Shown: positions 1 to 11,478 of the stretch, in pieces
Layout: every line of letters starts with the position of its first letter
Position numbering within the stretch: the first letter of the stretch is position 1
Assembly: GCA_028873515.1 (NCBI GenBank)
Contig: JAGWIG010000002.1
Coordinates: 93,950 to 157,949 of the forward strand
Length of the DNA: 64,000 nt
Source: Pseudomonadota bacterium
GTDB taxonomy: Bacteria > Pseudomonadota > Gammaproteobacteria > Burkholderiales > REEB80
Direction of reading: 5' to 3'
Notes under the pieces: model-generated
Told to the model about the DNA's origin: nothing
Seen by the model: the letters and a program-made list of their open reading frames with translations, nothing else
The model's database searches: none
Made by a program: the position numbers and the translations under genes

Positions 1-14
1 CTTGCCAGCTTCAA

Positions 15-1337
15 TCAAAGAATATAACGTGCCAAATCTTCGTGTTCAGCTGCATAAGCCAAATGCTCCCGAACATAAGCAGCATCAATTACTTGAACCT
101 GAATTCCAGGGACATTTCCAGCCGAAAAGGAAATGTCTTCAAGAAGCTTCTCCAGCACTGTATGCAATCTTCTGGCTCCAATATTTTCCGTCTTTTCATT
201 TACCCTACATGCTATCTCGGCAATTTCCTTGACCGCATCATCTGTAAAAGACAGCTTTATGCCCTCCGTATCAAGTAAAGCCTCATACTGACGGATAAGG
301 CAAGCATCTGTCTGAGTCAGGATCCTGACAAAATCCTCAACTCCAAGACTTTGAAGTTCGACACGAATGGGTAAACGGCCCTGCAATTCCGGTATCAGGT
401 CAGAAGGTCGTGCAAGATGGAAAGCGCCACTTGCAATAAAAAGGATGTGATCGGTATGAACCATTCCATACTTGGTTGTTACTGTGGATCCCTCAATCAG
501 TGGAAGTAGATCACGTTGCACCCCAGCTCGTGAAACGTCTGCCTGGCCTTGATCAGAACGACTTGCAATCTTGTCAATTTCGTCAATAAAAACAATTCCG
601 CTCTGCTCAACACTTTCGATTGCTCTTCGACGAACTTCCTCATCATTGAGCAATCCAGCGGCGGCTTCGTCCGTCAAAATCTTCAATGCTTCCGCAATCT
701 TCATTTTTCGGGTTGTTCTTCTCTGCGTCCCGATATTCTGAAACATACCCTGCAACTGCGATGTAAACTCCTCCATTCCTGGAGGCGATAAAATTTCCAT
801 ACTTACCTGAGGTGCGGCAAGATCCACCTCGATTTCACGATCATTTAATGTCCCTTCTCGCAACATTTTCCGAAACTTTTGCCGTGTCAGGTTCTCTTGG
901 GCCTCGTTCGAGTCACGCCCTCCAGGAAGCAAAATATCCAAAACCCTGTCTTCTGCAAGATCCAGCGCACGCTGATGACACTTGTCCTTTTCTTCTTCTC
1001 TTGTCTGCTTAACAGCAACTTCAGCCAAATCACGTATGATTGTATCCACATCCCTTCCGACATAACCTACTTCTGTAAACTTGCTGGCCTCTACCTTAAT
1101 GAATGGAGCATGTGCCAACTTTGCCAATCTACGTGATATTTCAGTTTTCCCCACGCCTGTAGGACCAATCATGAGTATGTTCTTAGGAGTAATCTCGGCT
1201 CGAAGGGGCAATTCAACCTGCTGACGTCTCCATTGGTTTCTCAGGGCAACAGCAACAGCCCGTTTAGCCGCTTGCTGGCCAACGATATGTTTATCAAGTT
1301 CATGTACAATTTCCCTAGGAGTTAGATCTGACATCAA
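15..1337 (-). CDS. hslU: ATP-dependent protease ATPase subunit HslU
   Basis: 440-aa ORF. The N-terminus [37 protein letters not shown] and Walker [11 protein letters not shown] are the classic HslU/ClpY signature. Its start codon abuts the hslV stop. Confidence 0.95.
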   Translation of the reverse strand: MMSDLTPREIVHELDKHIVGQQAAKRAVAVALRNQWRRQQVELPLRAEITPKNILMIGPTGVGKTEISRRLAKLAHAPFIKVEASKFTEVGYVGRDVDTIIRDLAEVAVKQTREEEKDKCHQRALDLAEDRVLDILLPGGRDSNEAQENLTRQKFRKMLREGTLNDREIEVDLAAPQVSMEILSPPGMEEFTSQLQGMFQNIGTQRRTTRKMKIAEALKILTDEAAAGLLNDEEVRRRAIESVEQSGIVFIDEIDKIASRSDQGQADVSRAGVQRDLLPLIEGSTVTTKYGMVHTDHILFIASGAFHLARPSDLIPELQGRLPIRVELQSLGVEDFVRILTQTDACLIRQYEALLDTEGIKLSFTDDAVKEIAEIACRVNEKTENIGARRLHTVLEKLLEDISFSAGNVPGIQVQVIDAAYVREHLAYAAEHEDLARYIL

Positions 1338-1892
1338 TTATTCCTTCCCGGCTATAGCGGGCAAAATTTCAATTATATGATTCTGGTTGGTGTAGATGCA
1401 TAGATCAGCAGCAATACCAAGCGAATGGGAGACAATCTCTGCAGGGCTTAAATCGGTATGTACAAGCAATGCTCGTGCTGCGCTTTCTGCAAACCCTCCT
1501 CCTGATCCTATTGCCATTACCCCATGCTCTGGTTCCAGCACATCTCCATTCCCGGTAATAATAAGGGAAGATTTTTCATCAGCTATAGCCAGCATGGCCT
1601 CTAGACGTCTCAACATGCGATCAGTACGCCAGTCTTTAGCTAGCTCAACGGCAGAGCGAACCAGATTACCCTGGTGCTTTTCAAGTTTTGCTTCAAATCT
1701 TTCAAAAAGAGTGAAAGCATCAGCTGTCGCACCGGCAAAACCTGCAAGAATCCTGTTCTGGTAAAGAAACCGGATTTTCCTTGCCGTAGCCTTGATAACC
1801 GTATTTCCAAGTGTTACCTGACCATCACCACCCATAGCCACACTGTTGCCACGCCTAACTGCCAGGATTGTCGTCCCATGATAAGATTCCAT
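1338..1892 (-). CDS. hslV: ATP-dependent protease peptidase subunit HslV
   Basis: Track ORF is 1338..1964. I trimmed it to the internal ATG at 1892 ([15 protein letters not shown]...), because HslV orthologues start a few residues before the catalytic Thr. [11 protein letters not shown] and GSGG motifs are present. Confidence 0.92.
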   Translation of the reverse strand: MESYHGTTILAVRRGNSVAMGGDGQVTLGNTVIKATARKIRFLYQNRILAGFAGATADAFTLFERFEAKLEKHQGNLVRSAVELAKDWRTDRMLRRLEAMLAIADEKSSLIITGNGDVLEPEHGVMAIGSGGGFAESAARALLVHTDLSPAEIVSHSLGIAADLCIYTNQNHIIEILPAIAGKE

Positions 1893-1960
1893 AATTATTC
1901 CATTTGTTCCTGTTCCCTTAATTCGGGTATTTGCTATAAATGGGGTTATCCATACATACT

Positions 1961-2848
1961 TCAATCCACCGTTGTTTTCTTTTTTGCTCGGGGATGTGCC
2001 GAATCATAAATCTTGGCCAAATGCTGAAAATCAAGATGAGTATAAATCTGGGTTGTTGAAATGCTTGCATGACCCAACATTTCCTGCACGGCACGCAAAT
2101 CCCCACAGGACTGCAATAGATGTGAAGCAAATGAATGTCGTAAGGCATGAGGATGCACGTGCTGGACAAGCCCAAGCTTACGTGCCTTCGCTTCAACCCT
2201 GTACTGAACTGCTCTTGGTGTTAACCTTTTCCCTAGCTGGCTGATAAAAAGTGCGGTCTCCGAAGATCTGGCACGCAGTTTTCTCTGCTTGAGCCAATTA
2301 TTAATTGCCTCCAGAGCTTTTGCTCCAACAGGAATGATACGTGATTTATTACCTTTTCCTCTAACAGTAACAAGCCCTTCAGCCAAATCAATATGATTAA
2401 GGTCTATTCCTGTCAATTCACTTAAACGCAGGCCGGAAGAATAAAACAGTTCAATTATCGCCAAATCGCGAATTCCTAAAAAACCTTCGTCAGGACTCAT
2501 CAATCGGACGACTTCATCAGGAGACAAGGCGTTAGGAAGCATTTTTTTCTGTTTTGGTGCATGAATGCTCTTCACTGGGTTTTTAAGGAACCCCTCATAA
2601 GACAGTGCATATCCAAAAAAACCCCGCCAAACCGATAGAATCCTTGCAAGCGTTCGCGGACCCAAACCTGATGCATGCAAAATTGACACAAAACGTCGGA
2701 TATGCGTTGTCTCAAGAGACTTGAATGAGGCATCACCTGCCAAGTCCTCAAGCTTACGCAGATCACGAATATATTGCTCAATACTGCGAGAGGAAAGATA
2801 GCGCTCGCTTCTCAAGCGTTCAATATAACGCTCAACCGCTGGTTTCAC
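1961..2848 (-). CDS. xerC: Tyrosine recombinase XerC (chromosome dimer resolution)
   Basis: Tyrosine-recombinase catalytic boxes [14 protein letters not shown] and [13 protein letters not shown] are present. It sits in the canonical dapF-DUF484-xerC order. Track start is 2884; I prefer the in-frame GTG at 2848, which has GGAGG 5 nt upstream. The start is uncertain. Confidence 0.88.
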   Translation of the reverse strand: MKPAVERYIERLRSERYLSSRSIEQYIRDLRKLEDLAGDASFKSLETTHIRRFVSILHASGLGPRTLARILSVWRGFFGYALSYEGFLKNPVKSIHAPKQKKMLPNALSPDEVVRLMSPDEGFLGIRDLAIIELFYSSGLRLSELTGIDLNHIDLAEGLVTVRGKGNKSRIIPVGAKALEAINNWLKQRKLRARSSETALFISQLGKRLTPRAVQYRVEAKARKLGLVQHVHPHALRHSFASHLLQSCGDLRAVQEMLGHASISTTQIYTHLDFQHLAKIYDSAHPRAKKKTTVD

Positions 2849-3521
2849 CTTCGCCTCCAAGCTGGATAGCCACAGGAATATCATTTACGAGAGCGGCACC
2901 GATTATTTCGGCCAAACGCTCAAGATAGAGCGTACCCATTTCAGAATAAAACCTTGTACTGTCGAGGCTGCCTAAAACCAGAAGGCCAAAAGCTGGGGAA
3001 CCTAACGACATAATCGCAAAAGAAGTCAGCTTTTCACCCCGATCAAACAGGAGTCTTAAGGCTTCTGGAATAATCACTCCGCATTGAGGAAATTTAACCT
3101 GCTCCATCCAATCTCGCAAAGAGGGATCCAAAGAAACAAACTCTGGGCGGTTTTCATAGCCCTTGGCCGGAGGCCATAAACGCAGTTCAATATCTGGCAA
3201 ATCAAAATCCTGCATCAAATGGGTTTTTATCGTCTCAAGACGCCCTTCAAAGCTATCAGCTTCGAGAATAGCAAGCGTTATCTCATGCACCTTACGGCCA
3301 ATAACATCATTTTCTTCCCCGTATTGAATTAGTTGTCGTAACTTCAACTCCAGAAGACGGATTTTTTCTCTTTGAGCAATCTGTTGTCGCTCAGCCAGGG
3401 AAATTGCCCTGCCTCCCTGCGGATGGGGAATGAACACGTCAGCCAACAAACCCGCATAGTCTTCAAAAAACTGTGGGTTCTCATGCAAATAGCGCACAAC
3501 CTCTTCCGAAGATTCGATCAT
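2832..3521 (-). CDS. DUF484-family protein (YigA-like)
   Basis: 229-aa ORF between dapF and xerC, the conserved position of yigA/DUF484 in proteobacteria. It overlaps the dapF stop by 4 nt (3518..3521). Function is unknown. Confidence 0.75.
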   Translation of the reverse strand: MIESSEEVVRYLHENPQFFEDYAGLLADVFIPHPQGGRAISLAERQQIAQREKIRLLELKLRQLIQYGEENDVIGRKVHEITLAILEADSFEGRLETIKTHLMQDFDLPDIELRLWPPAKGYENRPEFVSLDPSLRDWMEQVKFPQCGVIIPEALRLLFDRGEKLTSFAIMSLGSPAFGLLVLGSLDSTRFYSEMGTLYLERLAEIIGAALVNDIPVAIQLGGEGETSG

Positions 3522-4363
3522 GAGTCAGTATCTCCTAATTCAATTTCACCCTCATAAACTATTTTGGCTGGTCCACGCATCATCATGCCGGATCCATCTG
3601 ATGGCCAACTTATCGTCAAATCTCCACCACGGGTCTGTACAAGAACATCCCTATCTGTAAAATTTCGTAACACTGCGGCGGCCACTGCTGCGCATGCACC
3701 CGTTCCACAGGCTAGTGTTTCACCAACCCCGCGCTCAAATACACGAAGCCTGATTTTCCTCCTGTCCATAATTTGTACAAACCCCACATTAACCCTTTCC
3801 GGGAACCGTTTGTGCCTCTCTATTCGCGGACCTATAACCATTACTGGGGCAGTATCAACATCTTCAACAAATAATACTGCATGGGGGTTTCCCATTGATA
3901 ATGCAGAAATCTCGAACATGACCCCATCAACATCCAGAAGATAGGCCATTGCCCTTTCATCAGCGATAAAAGGAATATCTGCCGGAGAAAAAAGCGGAAT
4001 TCCCATATCCACCTCAACCAGACCATCTTGAAGCAAGCGCGGAGCAATGACCCCTGAAGATGTTTCGATTCGAAGAGAAGTTTTACTAGACAATCCATGT
4101 TCAACTACATACCGCACAAAACAGCGAGCCCCATTACCACATTGTTCAACTTCTTTACCATCAGCATTAAAAATGCGGTAACGAAAATCAGTACCAGGAG
4201 TTGTTGGCGGTTCAACCAGTAACAATTGATCAAATCCTATCCCAAAGTGACGGTCACTCATCTCCCGGATATGAAGGGCTGAAAGTTTGACTGGTTTAAT
4301 TAAACCATTAACTACGACAAAATCATTCCCCAAGCCTTGCATCTTGGTAAAACGCAGACGCAT
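3518..4363 (-). CDS. dapF: Diaminopimelate epimerase
   Basis: 281 aa. It has the N-terminus [18 protein letters not shown] and the two catalytic Cys contexts EQCGNGARC and LACGTGACA typical of DapF. Confidence 0.93.
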   Translation of the reverse strand: MRLRFTKMQGLGNDFVVVNGLIKPVKLSALHIREMSDRHFGIGFDQLLLVEPPTTPGTDFRYRIFNADGKEVEQCGNGARCFVRYVVEHGLSSKTSLRIETSSGVIAPRLLQDGLVEVDMGIPLFSPADIPFIADERAMAYLLDVDGVMFEISALSMGNPHAVLFVEDVDTAPVMVIGPRIERHKRFPERVNVGFVQIMDRRKIRLRVFERGVGETLACGTGACAAVAAAVLRNFTDRDVLVQTRGGDLTISWPSDGSGMMMRGPAKIVYEGEIELGDTDS

Positions 4364-4447
4364 ATCATTTCCCCAGCATCAAAATGTGACATATGACTTT
4401 GCCATGAAAAAAGTATAACCGAACTACCCCTGTCATAATACAAAACT

Positions 4448-5350
4448 TCATCGGGTTTCTTTCACTCGGGGCATCTTATACCGGTTATAGCTCCATAGAT
4501 ATTGTCCAGGTAAGGTCCGGATTACTCTTTCCATGGCAGAATTGATTTCCAAAGCAAGTCCTGCTTCATCATCAGACTCAAAATCCAGCTTTATAAATTT
4601 CAAAATATATCCTCGCCCGCAGGACAGCCTTTCTGCCCAGGTCAGCACGGTTCTCGCTTCAGTAGCCAAAATCAGTTTTGGCGCAAGAGTCATGGTATAG
4701 GCCATCCGACCAAAGAATGGGACCCACACTCCCTCTCCAGAAACAGGTACCTGATCCGGGAGCAAGCCAATCGCTTCACCAGATCTCAATGCTCTAACGA
4801 GCATTCGAACTCCTCGTAAGTTGGTTGGAGCAAGATTGGCATAAAACCGTTCGCGCCCAGCTCGCATAATTGGCTCAATCTTCGCTTCACGAGGTGGCCG
4901 ATACATTGCTGTAAGCGGTATCTTCGACCCAATATATTGACCCGCCAATTCAAATGAACCAAGATGAGGGGTCAAGAATACAACCCCCTGTCCTTCAGAA
5001 CGATTGGCGATCGCTTGATCAAAGCCTTGCACCTGTTTTACGAACTTGTTGATGCCTGATGTGGAACTTAACCATAGCTTCGGTAATTCCATCACAGCGC
5101 AGCCTGACTGACCCGCAACATGGCGGGCAAGTTTTTTGCATTTATCAGGTTCACAAACTTCCGCCTGCTGCAAATTACTCAGCAATCTATTGCGATATCT
5201 CGGACGAAGCTCATAAACACAAAATCCTGCCATTTTCCCCATTGCATGAAGCAGGACAAGAGGTAACAAAGCAAGAAAACGAAAAAGAAGTAGCATGGAA
5301 AACTTTTTGAATGAACCAAAATTTGGTATTGTATCAACTTGCCGCGTCAA
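4448..5350 (-). CDS. Lipid A biosynthesis (Kdo2-lipid IVA) acyltransferase, LpxL/HtrB/MsbB family
   Basis: 300 aa with an N-terminal hydrophobic anchor, the HX4E acyltransferase motif (TPHLGSFELAG) and the C-terminal PGQYLWSYNRYK typical of the family. The start could instead be the Met at 5296 (MLLLFRF...). Confidence 0.8.
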   Translation of the reverse strand: MTRQVDTIPNFGSFKKFSMLLLFRFLALLPLVLLHAMGKMAGFCVYELRPRYRNRLLSNLQQAEVCEPDKCKKLARHVAGQSGCAVMELPKLWLSSTSGINKFVKQVQGFDQAIANRSEGQGVVFLTPHLGSFELAGQYIGSKIPLTAMYRPPREAKIEPIMRAGRERFYANLAPTNLRGVRMLVRALRSGEAIGLLPDQVPVSGEGVWVPFFGRMAYTMTLAPKLILATEARTVLTWAERLSCGRGYILKFIKLDFESDDEAGLALEINSAMERVIRTLPGQYLWSYNRYKMPRVKETR

Positions 5351-5391
5351 AGCAGCAATCCATTTAACCCAAACAACTGTAAAAAAAGCCT

Positions 5392-6573
5392 ATGTCCGAA
5401 TTCCTGTTTACCTCAGAATCAGTTTCAGAAGGGCATCCCGACAAGCTCGCCGATCAAATATCGGACGGGATACTTGATGCAATCCTAACCCAGGACCCTC
5501 ATGCCAGGGTAGCGTGTGAAACACTGGTCAATACCGGGCTCATCGTTCTATCTGGTGAAATTACTACTACTGCTGTCGTGGATTATACAGACACTGCCCG
5601 GAACATCGTACGTCGAATCGGTTATAATAGCTCAACTATCGGTTTTGACTATCATACCTGCGCAGTTCTCACTGCTATAGACAAACAGTCCCCGGATATT
5701 GCCCAAGGAGTCAATGAAGGTGAAGGCATGGATCTGGATCAGGGAGCGGGTGATCAAGGGTTGATGTTTGGCTACGCCTGCAATGAAACACCCCAGTTAA
5801 TGCCCATGCCAATTTATTATGCCCATCGTTTAATGCAGCGTCAGTCCGAGCTGCGAAAAGATGGCAGGCTCTCATGGTTGCGTCCTGATGCCAAAAGCCA
5901 GGTTACGGTTCGTTATCAGGATGGTCGGCCAGTAGCCATCGATACCGTGGTACTATCTACCCAGCATGATCCGGACATCAGCCATGCAGCCTTAAGCGAA
6001 GCTATTATGGAAGAAATCATCCGGCCTACAATTCCAGAAGCCATGCTTTTACCTTCCACTCGCTACTTTATCAACCCTACTGGCCGTTTTGTTATCGGTG
6101 GGCCTATGGGCGATTGCGGGCTTACCGGTCGAAAAATCATAGTGGATACATATGGGGGCGCCGCCCGCCACGGGGGAGGAGCCTTTTCTGGAAAAGACCC
6201 CTCAAAGGTTGATAGATCTGCGGCATATGCAGGGCGCTATGTTGCAAAAAATATCGTCGCTGCAGGTTTGGCAGAACGTTGTGAAGTCCAGGTAGCTTAT
6301 GCCATCGGTATTGCCCGACCGGTATCCCTAATGGTCAATACATTCGGCACAGGTCGAATTGATGATGAAAAGATTGCGGAACTGGTCAAAAAACATTTTG
6401 ATCTTCGGCCAAAAGGAATTATTGCCTCGCTCAACCTCTTGCGACCAATATATTCCAAGACGGCAGCTTACGGTCATTTTGGCAGGGAAGAACCCGAATT
6501 TACCTGGGAGGCAACTGACAAGGCAATTGAACTTAAGGATGCTGCACGCCTTAAAACAAGTTTGACCATATAA
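5392..6573 (+). CDS. metK: S-adenosylmethionine synthase
   Basis: 393 aa. [32 protein letters not shown] and [16 protein letters not shown] are signature MetK blocks. Confidence 0.97.
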   Translation: MSEFLFTSESVSEGHPDKLADQISDGILDAILTQDPHARVACETLVNTGLIVLSGEITTTAVVDYTDTARNIVRRIGYNSSTIGFDYHTCAVLTAIDKQSPDIAQGVNEGEGMDLDQGAGDQGLMFGYACNETPQLMPMPIYYAHRLMQRQSELRKDGRLSWLRPDAKSQVTVRYQDGRPVAIDTVVLSTQHDPDISHAALSEAIMEEIIRPTIPEAMLLPSTRYFINPTGRFVIGGPMGDCGLTGRKIIVDTYGGAARHGGGAFSGKDPSKVDRSAAYAGRYVAKNIVAAGLAERCEVQVAYAIGIARPVSLMVNTFGTGRIDDEKIAELVKKHFDLRPKGIIASLNLLRPIYSKTAAYGHFGREEPEFTWEATDKAIELKDAARLKTSLTI

Positions 6574-6610
6574 TATTACAGGAACCGGCCCAGGCCCAGA
6601 TATCCCACAT

Positions 6611-6634
6611 CCAAACAGACCCGTTTGGGTTTTC
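6611..6634 (+). terminator. Possible intrinsic terminator after metK
   Basis: Hairpin CCAAAC-agaccc-GTTTGG followed by GTTTTC, 38 nt after the metK stop. The stem is short and AT-rich, so the call is weak. Confidence 0.35.
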
Positions 6635-6789
6635 AGGAAAAGCTGCCTAAATAATACCGACAATACCGACGTCGAAAATAAATGACGGACGACACCTACC
6701 AATTTTCGCTCAAGGAGAAAGCGGATTTAATCCAGACCAACACAATCAACGATTGGTAAAATTTTGTCAGGATTATTCGCAACCGTACG

Positions 6790-8100
6790 ATGAAACTTAA
6801 ATCCATTACCGATAATAAAGATTTTCGGGTAGCAGATATCAGCCTTGCCGAATTTGGGCGTAGGGAAATCGCCATTGCCGAAACAGAAATGCCAGGTCTA
6901 ATGGCATTACGTGAAGAGTATGCGGGACAAGCCCCTCTTGCGGGAGCTCGAATAGCGGGTTGCCTGCACATGACCATTCAAACTGCCGTATTAATGGAAA
7001 CGCTTGTCAGTCTTGGTGCTGAAATTCGCTGGAGCTCATGCAACATATTTTCGACTCAAGACCATGCAGCTGCAGCCATGGCTGCGTCCGGAATTCCTGT
7101 TTTTGCCTGGAAAGGGGAATCTGAAGAAGAATTCTGGTGGTGTATTGAACAGACTGTTTTCGGCCCGAACGAATGGCACCCGAATATGATTCTTGATGAC
7201 GGAGGTGATCTAACGCAAATGCTGCACTTGCATCACCCCGAACTACTAAAAAATATTAAGGGTATCAGTGAAGAAACAACCACTGGAGTACACCGACTCT
7301 ATGAAATGCTCAAAGCTGGTTTACTAAAAGTCCCCTCATTTAATGTCAATGATTCGGTCACCAAATCGAAATTTGATAACCTCTATGGCTGCAGGGAGTC
7401 TCTCATTGATGGAATCAAACGTGCAACTGATGTCATGATTGCTGGTAAAATTTGCATTGTTCTAGGTTACGGAGATGTTGGAAAAGGCTGTGCCCAGGCA
7501 TTCAGAGGGATGGGCGCAACAGTCTGGGTTACTGAAATTGACCCTATCTGTGCCCTCCAAGCATCCATGGAAGGCTATCGTGTGGTCACAATGGACGAGG
7601 TGGCCTCAACTGCTGACATTTTCGTTACTGCAACCGGAAATTTTCATGTTATAACACATGATCATCTGATCAAGATGAAAAATGAAGCAATTGTGTGCAA
7701 TATCGGTCATTTTGACAGTGAAATCGATATAGCCAGCCTTCGTCAATACCGTTGGGAAAATATCAAACCACAGGTAGATCATGTTTTATTCCCAGACGGG
7801 AAAAGAATCATCGTTCTGGCTGAGGGTCGATTAGTCAATCTGGGCTGTGCAACTGGACATCCAAGTTTTGTCATGTCTGCTTCCTTTACCAACCAGGTCA
7901 TGGCGCAGATTGAGTTATGGCAACATGGAGAAGATTACCCTGTTGGGGTTTATACCCTTCCCAAACAACTTGATGAAAAAGTTGCGCGTTTGCACCTGAA
8001 ACGCATTGGAGCACACCTTACCCAACTGACAAGCGAACAGGAAAAATATCTTGGACTTAACGCAAATGGTCCTTACAAACCAGACCATTATCGTTATTGA
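6790..8100 (+). CDS. ahcY: Adenosylhomocysteinase
   Basis: 436 aa. [27 protein letters not shown] at the N-terminus, the NAD-binding GYGDVGKG motif and the C-terminal [10 protein letters not shown] are canonical AhcY. Confidence 0.96.
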   Translation: MKLKSITDNKDFRVADISLAEFGRREIAIAETEMPGLMALREEYAGQAPLAGARIAGCLHMTIQTAVLMETLVSLGAEIRWSSCNIFSTQDHAAAAMAASGIPVFAWKGESEEEFWWCIEQTVFGPNEWHPNMILDDGGDLTQMLHLHHPELLKNIKGISEETTTGVHRLYEMLKAGLLKVPSFNVNDSVTKSKFDNLYGCRESLIDGIKRATDVMIAGKICIVLGYGDVGKGCAQAFRGMGATVWVTEIDPICALQASMEGYRVVTMDEVASTADIFVTATGNFHVITHDHLIKMKNEAIVCNIGHFDSEIDIASLRQYRWENIKPQVDHVLFPDGKRIIVLAEGRLVNLGCATGHPSFVMSASFTNQVMAQIELWQHGEDYPVGVYTLPKQLDEKVARLHLKRIGAHLTQLTSEQEKYLGLNANGPYKPDHYRY

Positions 8101-8120
8101 CAGGGTTTTAGCCTAACATT

Positions 8121-8972
8121 ATGGATATCCGCCCAATTCAGCAACGTAAATACAGTTTTGAATTTTTTCCACCCAAAACCGAAGAAGGCATAGAACGGCT
8201 AAATGCTACTACCCTCCAGCTTGGGCAACTATCTCCCCATTTCTTTTCTGTTACCTATGGGGCGGGAGGTTCAACTCGGGATCGAACTCTAGAAACTGTC
8301 CTGACCATAAAAAATATGGGCCACGCAGCAGCACCCCATCTTTCCTGCATTGGTACCACACGTGCAAGTGTAAGAGAAACCCTTGCAAACTATAGCCAAC
8401 AAGGGATTCGTCATATGGTTGCATTGCGTGGCGACCTACCTTCAGGTATGGTTGCTGCAGGAGAATTCCGATATGCATCTGACCTAGTAGCTTTTATTCG
8501 CGAAGAACTGGGAGAAGATATCAGTATCGAAGTAGCTGCGTATCCAGAATATCACCCTCAATGTGGTTCTGCACAACAGGATCTGCTGCATTTCAAGCGT
8601 AAAATTGAAGCTGGAGCCAATTCAGCAATTACCCAATATTTTTATAACGCAGACGCTTATTTCCGCTTTATTGATGACTGTACCGCCATGGGTATTTATG
8701 TCCCGATTGTCCCAGGCATTATGCCCATCAACAATTATTTTCAGCTTGCACGCTTCTCGGAAATCTGTGGAGCAGAAATTCCACGCTGGATACGCCTTCG
8801 CCTTGAAGGATACCGGGATGACATCGCCTCAATTCGAGCATTTGGCCTCGACATTGTCACAGATCTATGTGACCGGCTATTGCAACATGGTGCACCAGGT
8901 CTTCATTTTTATACATTAAATCAGGCAGGGCCGAGCTCAACTATTTGGCAGCGCCTCGGCATACAGGCTTAA
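8121..8972 (+). CDS. metF: Methylenetetrahydrofolate reductase
   Basis: 283 aa. SFEFFPPKT, VTYGAGGSTR and ALRGD blocks are typical of MetF. It lies 20 nt downstream of ahcY. Confidence 0.93.
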   Translation: MDIRPIQQRKYSFEFFPPKTEEGIERLNATTLQLGQLSPHFFSVTYGAGGSTRDRTLETVLTIKNMGHAAAPHLSCIGTTRASVRETLANYSQQGIRHMVALRGDLPSGMVAAGEFRYASDLVAFIREELGEDISIEVAAYPEYHPQCGSAQQDLLHFKRKIEAGANSAITQYFYNADAYFRFIDDCTAMGIYVPIVPGIMPINNYFQLARFSEICGAEIPRWIRLRLEGYRDDIASIRAFGLDIVTDLCDRLLQHGAPGLHFYTLNQAGPSSTIWQRLGIQA

Positions 8973-8975
8973 ATC

Positions 8976-10136
8976 TTGAAAGTGAGCGCTCTTCCATCCC
9001 CTGATCCTTACACAAAAAAACGGAGTCAAATTTTACACAAGAGGATGCTGCAACGGATTAATCAGGGTTTTTATCCATTTTCCGAATTCATGCACGATGC
9101 CCTATATACACCCGGGCTAGGATATTATAGCGGTGGCCGAACTAAGCTTGGTAACAAAGGAGATTTTGTAACCGCTCCTGAAATTTCCCCATTTTTTGGA
9201 AAATTGCTAGCACGCCTAGCCATTCCCTTGGTCAAAGAAGGAAAGGGGATCATGGAGCTTGGAGCAGGTACAGGTCTCCTAGCATTACAGATGTTACGTG
9301 AGCTTGAAGCCCATGAGTTAACTCCAACTTACTATAATATTCTGGAAGTTAGTGCTGATCTGCGTGAGCGACAACATAAACTGCTGTCATCTGAATTACC
9401 ACATTTGATAGGACGCATACATTGGCTTGAATCCTTACCTGACCAACTGGAAGGATTAATTTTCGGCAATGAGGTTATTGATGCCTTGCCATGTTCACTT
9501 ATTCGCTGGGAAGCCCATAATATTTACGAAATAGGTGTAGGACAAAAAAAAAATTCCCTTATCTTTACTGATCGCCTTCTGACTGATGGCCCTCTTTTCA
9601 CTGAGGCCGCCCGCTTAAAATCCCTTTATGGGCTTGGCCGGGAGGAAAACTATACCAGCGAAATCGGTCTTGCTTGCCTATCACTGATTAAGTCATTATC
9701 TAAACGACTCGTATCCGGAGCACTTGTTTTTATTGACTATGGCTTTGGAGAAAGCGAATATTTTCATTCTGAAAGACAGCAAGGGACACTGATGTGCCAC
9801 TATCAGCAGCAGGTTCACTCTGACCCCTTGTTTCTCCCGGGTCAACAGGACATCACTTCTCATGTTAATTTCTCCAGAATTTATGAGATCGCAACCCAAT
9901 CTGGACTCAACCTTTCAGGTTACACCACACAAGCACACTTTCTGGTCAACCTCGACATTCTGGATTTTCTAAAGGGAATTGAACCAATAAACCCTGAAGC
10001 CATTAATGCCTTACATGGGGCGCAAATCTTACTTAGCCCAGCAGAAATGGGAGAAATATTTAAAGTCATTGCTTTCACAACAAAAGATACAGCCCTGGTT
10101 GGCTTCAACAGTTGGGATTTGAGTCGATTACTTTGA
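8976..10136 (+). CDS. Class I SAM-dependent methyltransferase, MidA/NDUFAF7-like (COG1565/DUF185)
   Basis: 386 aa. The [14 protein letters not shown] hallmark and the ELGAGTG SAM-binding loop are present. A TTG start lies 3 nt after the metF stop; GTG at 8982 is an alternative. The 3' end overlaps convergent cca by 32 nt. Confidence 0.75.
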   Translation: MKVSALPSPDPYTKKRSQILHKRMLQRINQGFYPFSEFMHDALYTPGLGYYSGGRTKLGNKGDFVTAPEISPFFGKLLARLAIPLVKEGKGIMELGAGTGLLALQMLRELEAHELTPTYYNILEVSADLRERQHKLLSSELPHLIGRIHWLESLPDQLEGLIFGNEVIDALPCSLIRWEAHNIYEIGVGQKKNSLIFTDRLLTDGPLFTEAARLKSLYGLGREENYTSEIGLACLSLIKSLSKRLVSGALVFIDYGFGESEYFHSERQQGTLMCHYQQQVHSDPLFLPGQQDITSHVNFSRIYEIATQSGLNLSGYTTQAHFLVNLDILDFLKGIEPINPEAINALHGAQILLSPAEMGEIFKVIAFTTKDTALVGFNSWDLSRLL

Positions 10137-11253
10137 CTAACGAATCGTTTCTGACACGCTTATGCTCGAATAAATATTTTTTTATCGCATCTACACGCAT
10201 TACGTATAACTGCTTACCCAATTCCGGGCCAGAAAAATTAGACAAAATCATCCTGCCCGATACCGACTTTGCCACATTAAACACCTCTTCCCAAAAATGG
10301 GTAGGAGCATTTCCCCACACTGCCATTAATTGAATCAATTCATAAAACCTGATCGGTTGGCGAAATGCATCTGCGCAGACCAAGACATGTTGCAATTCCT
10401 CTGCCTCCAAGACAAAACCTTTCAGGATTAAACTTTCCAGACGCAATGCCAACAACGCCATTGCACGGCAGGGTTTGGGCACACTTAGAAACTTGCAGGT
10501 CTCTTCAATAGATTCTTCATCAAGAGATAAAAGCATAAGCGCAAAACGTCGAGGAAGATCGAACCAAGGGGCCCAGTCAAGGCAAAAGAGCGATTGACTA
10601 TATCGTGTTACATGATCTTTACGAGCCCTTCCAAGGGAAGGAATCAACACCTCCAGCGCACCACACTCACCCAGAATTTCAAGCATGGCGGAGGGATGCA
10701 ACTCCGTTAAGCCACGAGCAATTTCCTGCCAGATTCGTTCGGCAACAAGATGTTCCAACTCCCCCAGTTCCACCATATGGCACATCAACTCAAAAGTCTC
10801 AGGTGCGACTTCAAAACCATAACGTGCCCGAAATCGGGCAACTCTCAGTATTCTTACCGGGTCTTCTTTAAATGCCGGACCAACATGGCGTAGAATTCCA
10901 GCCCGCAAATCAGCAAGGCCCCCATAAGGATCAATAATCTTGCCCTCAGCGCTTCGGGCCATGGCATTTATAGTCAAATCCCGCCGACCTAAATCTTCTT
11001 CTAGTGTTACCTCGGGTGAGGCTTGCACACTAAAACCTCGATAACCATGGCCATTCTTTCGTTCAATTCTTGCAAGAGCGTACTCTTCCTGTGTTTCTGG
11101 ATGCAGAAATACCGGAAAATCCCTACCTACTGATCTAAAACCCAGTTGCTCCATTTCCAAAGGTGTGCTACCCACTACAACATAATCCCTATCCTTAACG
11201 GGCAACCCCAGCAATTCATCTCTGACCGCTCCACCTACCTCAAAGATTTGCAT
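10105..11253 (-). CDS. cca: CCA-adding tRNA nucleotidyltransferase
   Basis: 382 aa. The N-terminus [28 protein letters not shown] plus RRDLTINA are class II nucleotidyltransferase head motifs. The C-terminal half has no obvious HD motif (see findings). Confidence 0.88.
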   Translation of the reverse strand: MQIFEVGGAVRDELLGLPVKDRDYVVVGSTPLEMEQLGFRSVGRDFPVFLHPETQEEYALARIERKNGHGYRGFSVQASPEVTLEEDLGRRDLTINAMARSAEGKIIDPYGGLADLRAGILRHVGPAFKEDPVRILRVARFRARYGFEVAPETFELMCHMVELGELEHLVAERIWQEIARGLTELHPSAMLEILGECGALEVLIPSLGRARKDHVTRYSQSLFCLDWAPWFDLPRRFALMLLSLDEESIEETCKFLSVPKPCRAMALLALRLESLILKGFVLEAEELQHVLVCADAFRQPIRFYELIQLMAVWGNAPTHFWEEVFNVAKSVSGRMILSNFSGPELGKQLYVMRVDAIKKYLFEHKRVRNDSLVKVIDSNPNC

Positions 11254-11478
11254 GAAGCCCCCCTGAAAAATTGCTATCTAGGAAAAGTAAGCCTTTACCC
11301 TTCTCGCATATAAACTGCACCCTGAACAGAATTGAACGCTATTTCCTGCTTCAAATACCCACCCCTGCGATCCAGCATTACCATATAAATATCTACGGGA
11401 AAAACAAGAATCTAAAGCTGTCTACCTTTCAACAAGCGCTGTAAAAATACAGTCTTGCCAGCACTCAGATAGTCTGGG

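Noticed and set aside
1961-2884. Tyrosine recombinase as a marker of an integrated mobile element.
   Set aside because: It sits in the canonical housekeeping dapF-DUF484-xerC-hslVU synteny. There is no flanking tRNA, direct repeat or phage/plasmid cargo. It is XerC, not an island integrase.
5297-5391. Possible SAM-type riboswitch upstream of metK.
   Set aside because: The spacer is only 41-95 nt, depending on the acyltransferase start. I see no SAM-II/SAM-V-like pseudoknot signature.
6574-6789. Expected SAH riboswitch in the 216-nt leader of ahcY. This is a common arrangement in Betaproteobacteria.
   Set aside because: I could not find the conserved core strings (AGGAGCGCUGC ... CAGGCUCGG ... 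AACGGCGCUCAC). The closest stretch, CTCAAGGAGAAAGCGG, does not fit. Only cmsearch with RF01057 can settle it.
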